Assembly (NCBI GenBank): GCA_963817895.1 | Contig: CAWFQB010000001.1 | Coordinates: 320,001-384,000 of the forward strand | Direction: 5' to 3' | Length of the DNA: 64,000 bases | Source: an uncultured Chthonomonadaceae bacterium | Lineage (GTDB): Bacteria > Armatimonadota > Chthonomonadetes > Chthonomonadales > Chthonomonadaceae | Shown here: piece by piece, positions 63,227 to 64,000 of the stretch | How positions within the stretch are numbered: position 1 is the stretch's first letter | Layout: the number at the start of each line of letters is the position of its first letter | Notes under the pieces: model-generated | What the model was told of the DNA's origin: nothing | Databases searched by the model: none | Seen by the model: the letters and a program-made list of their open reading frames with translations, nothing else | Program-made: the position numbers and the translations under genes

Positions 63227-64000
63227 TTATCGAAACACGCGCGGATGTGGTGAAATTGTCCGGGTCGCTGCACAAAAACCAGTGGATGTCCATTCGCGCT
63301 GCGGTAAACCTGCTGCTGCACGATTTCCCGCAGGGCATCATTGTAGATTGCAGCGGGCTGGAGGAGATTTCCGGGGACGGCGCGAAGACATTTCTGGAAG
63401 CCATTCGCGATATCGAGTCCGCCCGCGCCCGCATCATCGTCGTGAGCCTGCCGGAAAAGGTTCTCAGCTTTATCAAGACCGTGCCGGGTGTGCGTTCGCA
63501 ATTGCCGATTGCCCCGACTATCGAGGCCGCGCGCTCGTCCCTGCAAATGCACAAACGCGCGGCGGCAACTCCCGCTTCTTCGGATGGATCGAAGAGCGGG
63601 CAGATCATCGTTGTTCCCCTGATGGCGGACGTGGATTTGAGTTACGGGGCCGATCTTGCCGCCCGTATCGCCCGCGTTCAGCGCGGGGAAGTGCGGCTGG
63701 TGTATCTGCTGGAAGTGACCCGTACCCTGCCCCTCAACGCGCCCCTGCTGGAACAGGAACAGGCGGCGGAAACCGCCCTTGCAACAGCGGCGCAGCTCGC
63801 GCAGCGCAATGGCGCGTCCCCACAAGAGCATGTGGAGCGCGTCCGCGACTCCGTAGACGGCGCACTGGCGGCTATCAAAACATACGGCGCGACCATGATC
63901 GTCATCGGCGCATCCAAACACGCGATGGATCACGGCGACCATGACCGCTTCGATCAGCTTGTCGAAACCCTCCTGCACCGCGCCCCGTGCGAGGTGATTG
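63223..64000 (+). CDS. STAS-like plus universal stress protein (USP) domain protein (partial)
   Basis: Manual translation from ATG 63223: VVKLSGSL...IIVDCSGLEEIS (STAS-like), IVVPL...LLHRAPCEVI (USP). Confidence 0.75.
   Translation, partial: MIIETRADVVKLSGSLHKNQWMSIRAAVNLLLHDFPQGIIVDCSGLEEISGDGAKTFLEAIRDIESARARIIVVSLPEKVLSFIKTVPGVRSQLPIAPTIEAARSSLQMHKRAAATPASSDGSKSGQIIVVPLMADVDLSYGADLAARIARVQRGEVRLVYLLEVTRTLPLNAPLLEQEQAAETALATAAQLAQRNGASPQEHVERVRDSVDGALAAIKTYGATMIVIGASKHAMDHGDHDRFDQLVETLLHRAPCEVI

Noticed and set aside
1..64000. CRISPR array or rRNA
   Set aside because: No regularly spaced 25-40-bp repeats with unique spacers, no cas genes and no rRNA-like sequence were seen.

Overview
A 64-kb bacterial chromosomal window, mostly GC-rich. 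Gene content suggests Armatimonadota (prepilin/H-X9-DG protein, PEP-CTERM protein, stalk-domain protein); this is an inference. Many conserved genes carry single-base frameshifts, which points to an indel-prone long-read assembly. From left to right the window holds: a tandem array of five or more paralogous Ig-like lipoproteins with type V pilus-like strand signatures; an orphan DUF4255/Pvc16-like gene; a PQQ-propeller protein, dprA, a TnpB remnant, serA and mscL; a five-gene operon (two DUF2791/BrxD-like ATPases plus an SNF2 helicase) divergent from an XRE / IrrE-chagasin / papain module; an Rrf2-controlled redox cluster with two operators; a PLD-helicase plus type IIG restriction-modification locus next to tRNA-Arg and tRNA-Thr, interrupted by an IS3-family element; an S9 peptidase with in-frame repeat insertions; rpmB; an orphan class III cyclase; a prepilin gene with a Pho-box-like array; a KimA-like transporter; and a partial STAS-USP gene. 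The most novel candidates are (1) a duplicated ~420-bp element carrying an ECF-like promoter and a synonymously conserved 8-codon ORF (MPVYTRSP), (2) the type V pilus-like lipoprotein operon, and (3) the BrxD-like/SNF2 candidate defence operon with its protease-based regulator.
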